A stretch of DNA of 64,000 bases from Utricularia gibba (Eukaryota; Plantae; Magnoliophyta). Positions 1 through 13,326 of the stretch are shown in pieces. The DNA is taken from NCBI GenBank assembly GCA_002189035.1, contig NEEC01000004.1, forward strand, positions 2,232,001 through 2,296,000. Direction: 5' to 3'. The translations under genes and the position numbers were made by a program. The notes under the pieces were generated by a model that made no database searches, was not told where the DNA came from, and saw only the letters and a program-made list of their open reading frames with translations. Within the stretch, counting starts at the first letter, position 1. Every line of letters begins with the position of its first letter.

Positions 1-28
1 CTCTACTGTTTCACTTGATGTTTTCCAG

Positions 29-184
29 GGTTTCCCACCTAAGAGAAACAGGATTCTTTTCTCGGGGCCATTGGTGCCTCCTGGTGGGAACATGGAAGAC
101 ATGCTAAAGGAGCATGAGCGGCAAATACAAGAGGCGGTTCGCAAGGCCAGGGTCGAAAGAAGCCGGACGATGCACGACAAGTGA
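29..184 (+). CDS. Terminal exon of a CDK-like Ser/Thr protein kinase (At1g09600/At1g54610-type family); rest of gene is upstream of the window
   Basis: Acceptor ttttccag ends at 28; reads GFPPKRNRILFSGPLVPPGGNMEDMLKEHERQIQEAVRKARVERSRTMHDK* (TGA 182-184). SGPL.PPGGN..MLKEHERQIQ.AVRKAR is the recalled C-terminal motif of this plant kinase family. Confidence 0.75.
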   Translation, partial: GFPPKRNRILFSGPLVPPGGNMEDMLKEHERQIQEAVRKARVERSRTMHDK

Positions 185-1465
185 TAAGGATTACATCTAA
201 AACGAAGCAAAAGAAGATTCATCACAAATCTGTGCTGCTGCTGTGAGGTAGTAACCTTTGTTCAAGCGACTAGGCGTCGCATTTAACCTCAATGTATTTC
301 AGTGGACGAAGGTGGCTGCTGCAGCCCAAAGAGCAAAGACTTGCGAAAGTGGTAACAGAACCGACAAACTACTGCCCCCTGCGGGCCTCATCACTCATTA
401 GGTTTGATGTGTTCAACTCTCAAACTTAGGAGCCAAGTAACTGAAAACTGATTAATAAGTTGACTTCATTAACCAGTTACCAATTATAAATTTAATAATT
501 GAAAATAGATTAATCGCGAATCCTTCCCTATCAACACTTGTTTAATTAAATGCCTTGATTTTCAGTTCACGCGTACTTGTATGATTAATTTTACATTCCA
601 GAGTCTTTTTGGAAAAAAATAAAAATTTTAAGTGCTCATTAATTAATTCTATCGACAATATTTTTTTTAAATTTTTTTTTGTAATAAAAAAATGAGTAAC
701 CAATTGTTTCTATTTTGTTTAATATAAATCATCAATTAATGGAAGGATTGCTATTTATAAGCAGTGACGTAAGATAGACGGTAAAATTAGACGTATATCC
801 CCTGCTAATTAAATTTAAATGATTAATATTTTTTAAAAAAGCTCAAAAAATTCAACAATCATCCTTTTAATACATTCTTCGTATTCTACCCGTGTCTTAA
901 GTTTAACTATTTACCATGTTTTTCATGTTTATAATTATACCACTATTTGTTTATGTGTGCTACAAAAAAAGGAACTAGTTAATTTAAACCACAATAAGAC
1001 AAACAAGCACAACATTTTGGAACAAAATTTGTATTAATTAACCATATAGAAACAATTTTAACCACTAACTTCTCCCAAATATGAATCATTTAGAAAATTG
1101 ATTATTGTCACATTCTCTCTTACACACTTAATAAAAAAATACACATAATATGATTATTTTTTATATAATGTTTGAGACATAGTCAAATTTTTATTTCATC
1201 CCCAAAATACCCAAATGCAACTAGTGGGAAGGAACATGGCGATTAGAAAGTATTTAGATGTGTGCTGAAGACGTGTACTGCACGCTATTGAAAGAAACCC
1301 CCTGCAAATTTGATTAGCCAACCGGATGACCATTTGCCAACATAAAGTAATTATAGGCGTGTCGTCGTCAGTCTTCACGTAATCGCCACGCCGGCCCTCC
1401 CCAGCCCAGCCCCTCCCTCCTCTTCTGTCACACCTTCGCCCAACTTTTCAAATTTCTTGGAAGGG

Positions 1466-1474
1466 AAACCCTAA
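1466..1474 (+). promoter_or_regulatory. Telo-box (AAACCCTAA) in the DRP2 5' region
   Basis: Exact AAACCCTAA about 110 bp upstream of the DRP2 ATG. Confidence 0.5.
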
Positions 1475-1586
1475 CCGTCTTCCTTCTTCGATCTCCACGC
1501 GGTTCAGTGGATCTGTGGTTTGGATCCTGTGCTCTACGTCTTCTTTCTCGCGTCGGGCTGGCTGCGGGGGTTTTTGATAGCAGAAA

Positions 1587-4500
1587 ATGGATGCAATCGA
1601 TGACCTGTGCCACTTATCCGTCTCCATGCGCCAGGCTGCGGCGCTGCTTGCCGATGAAGATATTGACGAGGCCTCGTCATCTAAGCACCCATCCACTTTC
1701 CTGAATGTAGTTGCGCTAGGCAACACTGTGAGTATGGATTTTTGCTCTGAGTACTGACTGACTGCTAGTGGTTAGATGTCTTATCTTGCCTGACTTTCGG
1801 AATGGGATCGGAATGAAACCGCGATCCTCGTTAATTCTAGAGGAAAATCGTTTAGAAGTTTGCGTGTGTGCGAAAGCCTATGCCGGATGGCTTGCTCAAT
1901 CTAAGGAATTTACATTTGAATTGAAATGCTCATCCAATTCCCTAATGCCTTTTCAGGGGGCAGGTAAGTCGGCAGTTTTGAATAGTTTGATAGGGCATCC
2001 TGCATTGGTAAGTGGCTGATTCTAGCCTGCTTTTCTTTTTCAATGTTTTTTCTGTTTATCAAGCGCTTATTAGTCAATCGCTACACCTGTCCATCCAATA
2101 GCCTACTGGTGAAGGTGGTGCAACTCGTGCTCCGATATGTGTTGACTTGACCAGGGACGGATCTCTGAGCAGCAAATCAATCATATTACACATTGACAGT
2201 AAAAGTCAACAGGTTTCAGCGAGTAAGTCAACTGATATTTTCTTCCAGAATTATGTGTTACAATAATGATCAAAATGTTTCTCCACCCCCATGATATCGG
2301 CGTCCGTTTCTGTAAAAAATGGGCTTGTAGGATTTACATTTATGTAATTTTCATATAGGTGCTCTTCGGCATTCACTGCAAGATAGGTTGAGCAAAATAT
2401 CAGGGAACAGGCATGACGAGATATATTTGAAACTCCGTACAAGTACAGGTGCTGCTCAGTTTACTGGTTTGCAGATAGTGTTGGAAGTTGTTATGCCCAT
2501 CTACAATCATCAGGCAGTTGGTTTGTTTATTGTTCCATGACAACTTCTAATTTTTTTTTCGGCAGCTCCATCCTTGAAATTAATTGATTTACCTGGAGTT
2601 GATAAGGGCAATCTGGATGATTCACTGGTGAGCTTTTCCTGAAAAAAGCAAAGTTTCTTTGAAGTACACTAGCGTATATATCATTGCGTATTGCAATGCA
2701 TACAAGGTTCCGAGATTCATGAGGCGTCCTGGTCTTATTTTGCTAAAGTTGTTGTTTCCTGGAGAATTTGACTTCTTCAGGAGCTGCATTGTCTATTAAA
2801 CATGTGTGATCAGAGTCAATGGATGATAAATATGTTTTTGAAGTTAATTCGGATCTAAATTTACTGGAAGTCTTCTAGGTTTTCGGGGTTGGGATCTCAA
2901 AGTTGAAAGGTTTTTACTGGCTTTTAATGAGAAACAGACAATGTGGATTCATTTTTCATATACAAAGTGTCAATACTCCATCAATCTCAAGCTATTTCTG
3001 ATGTGCAGAGTCGTTATGCTGAGCATACAGATGCAATACTGTTGGTGATAATTCCTGCAAATCAAGCACCAGAGGTGACCTCTGCAAAAGCCATTAGAAT
3101 TGCCAAGGAGCTTGATGGAGAAGGTTTTTTTTTAGCTACTCAGTTTGATCTGTAATCAAAGACACCACTGAGTTTCTAATTGAGAATTTGTCAAACTTCT
3201 CTTAGACTTATATCTAATTTTTGACTTCTCTGTACAGGAACAAGAACTGTTGGAGTTATCAGCAAGGTAGACCAAGCTTCATCTGAACCAAAAATTCTTG
3301 CTGCTGTACATGCTCTTTTGTCTGGTCAAGGGCCCCGAAGTACACTGGACATTCCATGGGTTGCATTGATTGGCCACTCAGTTTCTATTGCTTCAGCTCA
3401 ATCAGGAACTGATAACTCCTTAGAGACCGCATGGAGAGCAGAAAGTGAAAGCTTGAAATCTATACTTAACGGAGCACCTCAAAACAAGCTGGGGAGATTG
3501 GCATTAGTTGAGGCTCTTGCTGAAAAAATCAGAAGTCGTATGAAAATTAGATTACCGAATCTTCTTTCAGGGTATAATTTTTCCTCGTTTTTCCATGAAT
3601 TCCATGCTTTAAAGTCATTGATTGAGCTTACTTTATCTGATTGCGTGCACCGTCGTACCATGATTATTTTTGTCCCACTTCCTCAGACTTCAGGGTAGAT
3701 CCCAAATAGTGCAAGATGAGCTTTTCAGACTTGGTGAACAGATGGTTCAAACTGCGGAGGGTACAAAAGCTCTTGCTTTGGAACTCTGCCGTGAATTCGA
3801 AGACAAATTTCTTCAGCATATTACATCAGGAGAGGTATGTTCTAGAATATGGACAGCCCATTGTGCTAAAAATTCATGTGGCTCTTGTTGTAGCTGGCCT
3901 TTTTTTGTTCATGTTAAAGTTGAGATATTCCATGCCTATGACATAATTTTCTGTTGTGCGTGTGTGTGTATATATGCACTTTAATGCCATTGTCATGGAA
4001 TCTCCTCCAAGATATAGCTGATTAGTCATCTGAAGAAATATGGGTCTATGTAATGCTACAATGGCTTATTATGAGAATGAATGTTATCACTGTATGTTTT
4101 GAATTTTTGTGTTTTCTTGCCATGGCTGTTCTACCTTGGAATCCTTCTGGGGTTTAGATTTAAAACCATACTATTTCCAGGGTAATGGATGGAAAGTGGT
4201 TGCCAGTTTCGAAGGCAGCTTTCCAAGTAGGATCAAGCAGCTGCCTTTAGAAAGGCATTTTGATATCGGGAACGTCAAAAGAGTATGCTATTCTGCTATT
4301 TTTCATTCTTGGGTTTATTGTAATATTCTTTGTATTAGAACTCAATTACACCTTTTCCATAATTTTGTGTTGAAAATTATCATATTTCACCAGATTGTGG
4401 TCGAAGCAGATGGCTATCAACCTTATCTTATCTCTCCTGAGAAGGGGTTACGGTCACTGATCAAGGGTGTTCTAGAGATGGCAAAGGAACCTTCACGCCT

Positions 4501-7500
4501 TTGTGTTGATGAAGTAAACTGGTTTCTCTATTTGTGGATATGGCCATCATCCTTTATATTTTTTGGTAGCCATTTCCTTCTTCCTACAGGTGCATAGAGT
4601 ACTTGTTGATATTGTTTCAAGTGCTGCAAATGCTACTCCAGGTCTAGGACGATATCCTCCTTTTAAGAGAGAGGTAAGTGAACGGGTGGTTGTTGCAGTT
4701 TTAAGTGATAAAATATGTACTTTTCTTTTGAATCCTTATTTTATATCCACTTTTAATTTAAGGTTATATCCATTGCAACGGCTGCTTTAGAAGGTTTCAA
4801 GAATGAAGCCAAAAGCATGGTAGTTGCACTTGTTGACATGGAACGTGCATATGTTCCTGCCCAGCATTTCATTCGTTTGGTGCAAAGAAGGTATGCCTCT
4901 GATGCATATTTTTTGAATTTTCTTTGTATTACTTATTTTTGTTTTTTTGGGGGGAAGGATGGAGAGACAGCGGCGTGAAGAAGAAACTAAAGGCCGATCT
5001 TCCAAAAAGGCATCTGATGCGGAGCAAACATTGTTGAATAGGGTTGAGACATAGTTTTTAATTCTGTTTTGTATCTTGAATTAGATGGACTCGAATATCA
5101 ACATACTCTGTTGGTTCAGGCTACCAGTCCTCAAACTGGGGGAAGCTTAAAATCATTGAAGGACAACAAACCTAATCAGGACAAGGATACCCAAGAAGTT
5201 TCAGGACTTAAGATTGCAGGCGCAGAGGGGGAAATAACAGCTGGTTTGTAAAATCATGCGCTTCTCCTTAGTTTTTATTCTTTTTGTTGCCTAATTGTGA
5301 ATCAAGATGTTGACTAGAGATGATTGAATTCAAGATTAATTTCCTATTTTATTTGGATATTTATGCTTAATCTATGACTTCTCAATGGCTTATAATGACA
5401 AAAGGTCTTATTTTCTTGAGCATGTTGAAGTTTCATTTGCATGTGGTTGATTCAAACATCTTTATCGGACTGTGATAGAATGAAACTGGTCTAGAAAATA
5501 TTTAGAACGCTTTGTTAGAGGAAAATAATTGAAACTATGATGATGTGACATCTTTGTGAAATTCGATTTTTCATATTCAAATATATGTTGTGGTAAATAT
5601 TTTGTTTTTGAAAATGCTCTGTTGATTATAACTTCCTTCGGTGCCCTTACTATTTGCAGTAAATAGCATTAATCGTGTGAAACTGAATCTTCCCATTTCC
5701 ATTCTTTTTTCCATGATAGTTCGTGGTTGAGGCTGACTCATGTATCCTTCGCAGGATTTTTATTGAAAAGTAGAACTAAAAAAGATGGCTGGAGCAGGAG
5801 ATGGTTTGTTTTAAATGAAAAAACAGGAAAAGTGAGATATGCTAATTTTTTTCTCTTCAGTAGGTCGTGTATCTTTAAATGTGTTAAGTAAAAACCTCAT
5901 GACAGTGTGTTCTTTGTATACATAATCTCTGTTGTTTTTTCCCCTTTTGGGGCATTTTTGGTTAGGAGAGTACTTTATTTCTAAATTGGTTTATATTATG
6001 GGTTAAAATGTGAGATTGCAGCTTGGATACACGAAGCAGCAAGAAGAGAGACATTTTCGTGGTGTTATAACATTGGAGGTACTCATGAGTTATTCCTCCT
6101 ATCACTGTATCGCAAGTTTGAAATCTCCTGTTATGGTTAAAAGATAGAAAATAAAAGAGAAAGATTTTCTGATGCGGCTGATTTAGCAGAATGTTTATGA
6201 ACCAACCGAGGTGATGTAACTCTGTTGTTTTATCCAGGAATGTAATTTAGAAGAAGCATCTGATGAAGAAGAAGCGCCTCCCAAGAGTTCTAAAGACAAA
6301 AAATCAAATGGACCTGCAGCAAAAGTTCCCAGTCTTGTATTCAGACTGACGAGCAGGGTTCAATATAAGACTGTCTTGAAAGGTATTAAAGGGTTTATCT
6401 TCACTCAATTTCTGAAGTTGCCCTCACATCAAAATTGTTCTCTTTGATTTCTTGTTATTGCAGCACACAGTGTTGTTGTTTTGAAAGCTGAGAGTGCTAT
6501 AGAGAAAAATGAGTGGATGCATAAATTAAGCAAACTGATCAGTCAGAGGGGAGGACAAGTGATGAGTGGTGAATCTGGTCATGCAGCACGACAAAGTCTC
6601 TTGGATAGTTCTCCTGTAATACTATCATGCCCTTGCTTTCCTTATTTAAAAATATTTAATAGTAGAAGCTTTTGATGTCTGTGGAGAAATATGTTGCTCC
6701 ACTACAGCACGTTGGCCTGCAAAAGGCTATATTTTTTGTCTCCTGTTGCATTTTTGTTTTCTTTTCCTTGAAGGGGCTACCGTGGAGCAAGTCAGGATTC
6801 CATGTAGACTTATTTCTGATCTTGGATGTAGGAAACAATGACTAGGCGCCCTGTAGATCCTGAAGAAGAACTTCGATGGATGGCTCATGAAGTTCGTGGA
6901 TATGTTGAAGCTGTTCTTAACAGTCTTGCTGCAAATGTCCCCAAGGTGAATTTTGAGAACTACACCTTCTGCTCTCTATTTTCTGACAACCCTCGCTTAT
7001 TTTCTATAGCATGATCACAGGCAATTGTTCTTTGCCAAGTAGAGAAGGCCAAAGAAGATATGCTTAATAAGCTTTACAGTTCTATAAGGTTTGTGTTGTT
7101 TCAATGATGGTATAAATAACTAGTTCGAGTCTAATCAATAGGAAGAAAATGGTAGGATGTGTGAGTGTCGTCTCCATTAAATTAGAAAGAAAATTGAACT
7201 TGATATTCATCAAGGCCTTCACGTTAGCGATGTGAATGGAACTTGTTAGCGTGATTTCATAGTGTATCATTTTCGGTTCAGTCAACATGCAATCTTGCGC
7301 TTTTGTGCGTTTCTGTTGCTTCTTTTGGAATGTAAATTCATATAATTTGGTTTTACAGTGGCCAAAGCATGGCAAAAATAGAGGAGCTGCTCCAAGAAGA
7401 CAGGAATGTAAAGCAAAGACGAGAGCGCTTCAAAAAACAGACTGAATTACTATCCAAGCTCACAAAACAACTTGGCATTCATGATTATCAAACCTCAGCT

Positions 7501-7866
7501 TCCAGCTTTTCAGGCGACCGTGTCGCAGGTACGTTGCCTAGTTGGATATGTCCCTGATGTGGAAAAAGTGAGGTCTTCGCATCATTAGGACGTCGTAGTC
7601 AAGTTTGAGGTAGCTTGGATATATCTGTGTTTGCAGATAGCCCAACAACTACCAGTCATTCATCTGGCGATGACTGGAGATCTGCATTTGACGCTGCTGC
7701 CAATGGGCGAACGGACTCATTCAGCGACTCCAGGTCCACTGGTCATAACCGCCGGAACAGCGATTCCGCCTCCCAGAATGGAGATGGTCCAAACTCCAGA
7801 AGCCACCGAACTCCTAACCGTTTGCCTCCGGCACCGCCATCATCGGGCTCTGGTCACAGGTCTTAG
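1587..7866 (+). CDS. DRP2: Dynamin-2A/2B-like GTPase (GTPase, middle, PH, GED and proline-rich tail), about 22 exons
   Basis: Exon 1 [38 protein letters not shown] (1587-1727), then [17 protein letters not shown] (P-loop), [10 protein letters not shown] domain [58 protein letters not shown], ending ..[16 protein letters not shown] at 7866. All introns GT-AG and frame continuous as traced by hand. Confidence 0.95.
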
Positions 7867-8296
7867 AATAGGCTGCATAATTTTAACAGATTGACAAGAC
7901 TCTATTCTTGGATGGTCCAGGGCTTGCGCTGGATGTAGAATTCCTTACTGCATGCTTTTTGTAGATAAATGTTTGTGTTTTTTTGCCCCTTTTCTGTGTG
8001 TTACCTTCAATTGGGATAATCTGACTGCTGACTTCGCAATTTGCGGCAAATGTTCAAAACCTCCAACATATGGGTGGGGGTGGGTCTGGGTTTGGGTTCC
8101 GTTTATGTTAATCCAAATTCATTTTTGATAGTCATCTGTCATTGGGTTCGGAGCCCAATCTGCAAAACAGGAGGATTGAAATTTGAGAGGTCCCGTCGTA
8201 TCCGCAGGTTTTCTTGCTGGCTGTTGCTACTTTATCCTCTTTCCTCTGTCTCTTGCAAATGACTGTAACCTAACAAGGAGGTCTGTATCAGAGACA

Positions 8297-9256
8297 ATGG
8301 CCAAAACGAAGGAGCTACTGGCATCGGCTCCATGGAGACCGGAGACACCATCTGGCGATGACAAATTCAAGGACGCTAGGCTCAAGGTGACGGCGCAGCC
8401 TGGCACGACGCCCACGATGCACGTCCCTGGGAAGAAGCAGCTCAAATCAAGATACGATGATGATGAAGAAGACTCCCTCACTGAAATCGACCCAGAACTA
8501 CGATATAGCTTCCAGCGCAATTTCAAGGTCAAAACAAACTTCCCCATTGAAATTGAACTGAATTGGTTACATGCGTATGTCCATGCTTGTCGACACCCTT
8601 ATTTCGTCGGTTGATTGGATTCGCTGTACATATCCTTGATTGTTGAATGCCTCGATATTTTGTGCTTGCTAGTTGTATGAATTGAATACGACTGTTTTGG
8701 TTGTTGGGTTGCGGGCTTGTTGGATCAATTTATGATTTTTTTTAGGACCCGGTTGCTAAATTTCTAAATCTGATCGATGTTTGAAGTTGTACACTCACTC
8801 ACTCACTACTCTTCTGAACTGAGTTTATGATGGATGTATGTTTGTTCCTGCAGTTCCTCCAGAGCGTTTTCAGCATCGACACAATTGTGAAGCCTCTTCC
8901 TCCTGCAATGGCTTACAATGCATCCCGCAGCTTGTCCTTCTTCACCAGGATTTTCACTCAGTTCTTTGGTGAGTTTCTCTTGTCATTTCATCACCACTCA
9001 CGCTCACTCCTAGAAGCAGCACATGTACTGTGTATGAGCCCCGTGTGGGCGACCGGATTAGTTGGTTGGTTGGTTTTAGGCATCCATTGAAAAAAGTGAT
9101 GATCACAACGCCAACATTTGCATCTAGTGTTGAGTTCTGTTGTGGCGTATCATCTTCTCATTTATGTGGCGCATTTTGGCAGATCAAGAAGGCATTGCGG
9201 ATGCCCAGAAATCACTTGGATTAGGCCAGGAACAGCGCGCACGTAGTGTCCGTTGA
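8297..9256 (+). CDS. Conserved-looking plant hypothetical protein, 139 aa, 3 exons (8297-8527, 8854-8968, 9183-9256)
   Basis: MAKTKELLASAPWR..EIDPELRYSFQRNFK|FLQSVFSIDTIVKPLPPAMAYNASRSLSFFTRIFTQFF|DQEGIADAQKSLGLGQEQRARSVR*; GT-AG introns; 420 nt in frame. Confidence 0.85.
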
Positions 9257-9891
9257 GCGCCCTTTTTTTTTCTCATGCTAATGTTTTACGGCAATCCGCA
9301 AGAATGACAGGTTTCATGCTGTTGTGTTTGATTCCTCAATACTTTAAATTCATGGAAGCACCCCAATGATCTTGATTCGTAGCCTTTGTATACAAAGAGA
9401 TCAACTCGTAGTTTTGGAAGGGATAATTTTAAAGACAGATTGGTTAGATGGTATTTAGTTCAAAACCCATAATCAAATCAGAAGTACACAAGGAGGTGTG
9501 GGGTGGCAGTAATATCAATTCCCAGCAACGATAATTCATAAACAACTTAGTTGTTAATTGCAGTGTCAAATACGGAGCTCATTAAACTTATGGTATGCTG
9601 CCATGAAAACAACGCTACAGGTATGGGGGCACTCCAGCAGGGGAAAACATCGCAGATCAAGCGAGATGCTACTAACCCAAGCATGCGCGAAGCCAGGAGA
9701 GCATTACCATCCTTAGAAGTCCACCAACTCCTAGCTCTTCCCTACAACTTGTATGGAAAAAAAAAAAAAAGCTTCTTTAATGGCTTCCTATCTGTTTCTA
9801 GTGCACTGGTAGCCTAAAGAGACATACATTGGGCTTACTTCATCCATAACAATAATACAACCAAGGCTCCCTAGTTATAAACATCAGCTGA

Positions 9892-12800
9892 TCAAGGCTT
9901 CCATAGTTTCATTACGCTATCTTCACCACACGTTGCGATGAGATTTATATGGGGGTGGTGGGCAATCCCTATCACATCCTTGTCATGTACCTGACATGGG
10001 ATGAAGACCACAATGAAGTAATAATGATAATGGCATCACAAGTTTTTTAAGCATCATATAAAACAAGCCGGAGAGCCGTACATACCTTCATTAGGTGCTC
10101 CAGTTTGCCAGATTGGTAACTGAAGCAATACAAGTTTCTGCACATGAATAACAAGGAGTTATCAAACTTATGCTAAAGAACGCGTAATAAGAAACATTTC
10201 CTACCTATCTTCACCAAGCGTGTAAATCCACTCCCCCTTAGGTGATACACAAGCTGCCATAAAATCTCCACCTTCTCTTTTACCAGATGAAAAGCTTTTC
10301 ACAACCTTCGTAAGAAAGGCAGAAAAAATGGGATGAATCAAGAAAACAAAGATCCTGAACTTTGAGTTTCCAGTGATACCTGGCCCTGAAATGTCATGAT
10401 GAATATCGACGATGTCCTGTTGCACACTACGATGTGATCCATATTTTTAGGAAAAAGATGTATAGAGTTCACGGATGCTTCACCTCCCTGCCAAAAATAT
10501 GTCAACTTGGAGGGAAAAGAGAATTTAAGAAGCCATCAAGAGGCATCATGTATACCCTTAGAGGTGGTGGTGGCTTGAAAGTCTGCAGGCAGTCTGTTGT
10601 CTTTACATCCCAAACCTTCATGTAATCCATCAGTATTGTTATTAAAGATCAACATAACCAGTGAATTTTTCGTTCACGGCTAATCAACAAACCCGAAAAA
10701 AACAAAGGACCTTACTTTCACTGTAAAATCGCTTGATGCAGTTATTACACGAGAACCATCTGCTGTAAAGATGGCATCATTCACGTATGATGTATGACCA
10801 CGAAACTCTTTTAGCATCTTCCCAGACTTCATGCCATGAATTCTGAACAAAGAATATAGAGAAATATAGGCATCAGAGGAAAATGAAAATATCTCAGTAC
10901 AAATGGCATCAAATCAGAACTAAATATGCCTGGCAGTGTAGTCAAATGAAGCACTCAGCAGCTGAGACCCATCCCGAGAAAAAACAACACTTGTGACGCC
11001 TTCTGAATGTGCTCTCTCTAGCCGTCGCAGACATTGACCAGTTCTGATACGCCATACCTTTGAAATAAACAATCTCACAGCATTGGAGTACATTCTGGTA
11101 ACAATCCTCAAAACAGAAAGCTAGAAAAACAATCTCAAAAACTCCAGTTTATATGTTTACAAAGATTCAAATTCACACCTCAGAAGAAATCAGTTAAAAC
11201 TGTTTGTATGGACTGTGTTACCTTTATTTTCCCATCTTTTGATCCAGAGGCAAGCATTTCAGAGTCTCTACTGAAATCAAGACAAAGTACAGCATCATCG
11301 TGCATCATAAATGTTTCCTGGAAAAAATCCCAAATTAATCTTATGCATTCTACAAAACACTGTTAAGATAAATAAACAGGGCATCTATTTCATTCAAAAA
11401 CAAAAGAGAAACACTCACATCAGCCTGGTACTGAAGGTCCTTTTTCAGCTTTCCACTTGTATGGTCCCAAACCTAGAACAAAATAAAATGATCGATGACA
11501 AGAAAATTCAAGATGACCTAAAAACTACATAATTTCTCCAGCTCTACCTCAATGAAACCATCAACGGTACATGAAACAAGAAATTGGCCATCTGGTGAGA
11601 ATCTAGCACATTCGGGATGACTTTTCTTTCCAAACTGCAGGCAGCAACCGATAAATGCAAAAGTATGAGTTCAACAGATGGAACATGAAGACCCCATGAA
11701 ACAGATATAATTGGGAATAAAATCCTTTTGGATGTTTGTACCTTTGCAGGAGAAATTTAGTAGAACACCAAATGACTTTAAAGTTGACTAAAATGAATGG
11801 AAATAAAAAAAATCAAGCTAAAGGGTCACTTGCCTTAATCGTGTGACCTAGTGTTGTTGGATACATATCTTCCACATCTTGCTTCATGGCAGCAACTCCA
11901 CGAAATAAATCAAATTGGGTCCCAGGTGGCAGTAAACCTAGGAGGTTGAGATAACGTGTAAGCACTATGTAGTCAAATCAGTCAGAAATATAATTAAAAA
12001 ATAGAGATTTCCCGAGGGCGGTAATTCAAGATCAGATGCAGCTGTCATCTGAAAATCACATAAAATATGCCAGAAAAAAGTCACCCCATGTAAGATCAAA
12101 ATCAGTCATTTGAAAGGAGATTTAACATTATGATGCCTAGTGAGGCACGCATGAACATAGCTTTTGGATAAATTAAAAAAACACCTCACAAAGAAACGCA
12201 AACCCCTTCACAGAATACATATACAACAAAGAAACGCAATAAGGCCATCTTATTGAAACCTTGATGCTGTTGCCATTTCAGTGCCTGACCAATTAAAGCC
12301 ATCAGCCGTGCTGGTGGAACCACAGATACTTCAGCTGCTATGGCTGGAAATATAAAAGAACGCCATGAGAAACATTGAAAATGAACTTAGTTAGAAATGG
12401 TGACAAATACACGAGAAAAACCTTGTGCAATCTGTGAACGCCTTTTTTCCTTGGATGAGTCTGGATAGACCTAGCCAAAATGGGTAGATGGCATCAGTGG
12501 AATTTAAATGATAGGTCAACGAAAAAAGATGATATAAAATAAAAAACTTTTCCGGAGTACACAAAAGCATCTATCCTAGAATATGGATGAGCAATACCTC
12601 ATTTGGGTCAAAGTAAGTTCGAACAAGTAGATGCTCAAGTCGCAGATATCTTTCTGGTTCTTCCTGCTTCATGAAGCCCATGACATGGGTTTGCCTCAGT
12701 ATAGCTCTTGCAGTATCAATCTCCCGGAGTTCAATCATTTCCAGAACAATCTAACCAAAAAATATGGAAAAAATACTAGGATACATAGATGTATTAAGGG

Positions 12801-13326
12801 ATCAAAATCATGAGAAAATATCATATAATAGAGGGTTTTATCCCCACGTATTCTACCTGCTCATAAAGATCCTCTAATTTCTTCCGTGGAAGCTTAAGAT
12901 GTGAAACTTGCGGCAATATCGCATCCCATCTTCCATTGTTAATATCTGCAGTGAAAGTCTCAAGGCTGTCCACTGTATTTAGAGAAACCTGGCATTCTTC
13001 TTGAAGCGCTTGAAAGGTTCGATGCAGAGAGTTCTCCTTGCAGAACTGAAGAACAATCTTGATCACACTGTATGGAAGACAAAAAAAAACCCTCAGCAGG
13101 ATATAATATATCAAGAATCATGGAGAGTCTCAGCAACTAATTCACACAAGGGAACTCAAGAGGAGCAAAGACGTGGGGTGACATTGTACTTGAAAAAACA
13201 AAAACTATGATTCCATAATCACTTCTTCGACAACAACGACTTGGTAGAAGTGCCAAATTCATCCCAGACTACAGGCCAAGGATGCAGAACTTACTCGGGT
13301 GCTTCAATCTCCAGTGTGGAAGACAT
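9892..13326 (-). CDS. SMU1: WD40 splicing factor SMU1 (suppressor of mec-8 and unc-52 homolog), about 16 exons
   Basis: [11 protein letters not shown]|[34 protein letters not shown] (LisH/CTLH), [19 protein letters not shown] repeats, ending [22 protein letters not shown] (stop 9892-9894). The model needs GC donors at 11833 and 10929. Confidence 0.95.

Noticed and set aside
8183-8296. Upstream in-frame extension of the 139-aa gene
   Set aside because: Non-ATG start, and it crosses an apparent 5' UTR intron
9256-9892. Convergent 3' ends (also 15009-15591) as natural antisense pairs
   Set aside because: Gaps of about 600 bp can hold two ordinary UTRs; overlap cannot be shown from sequence
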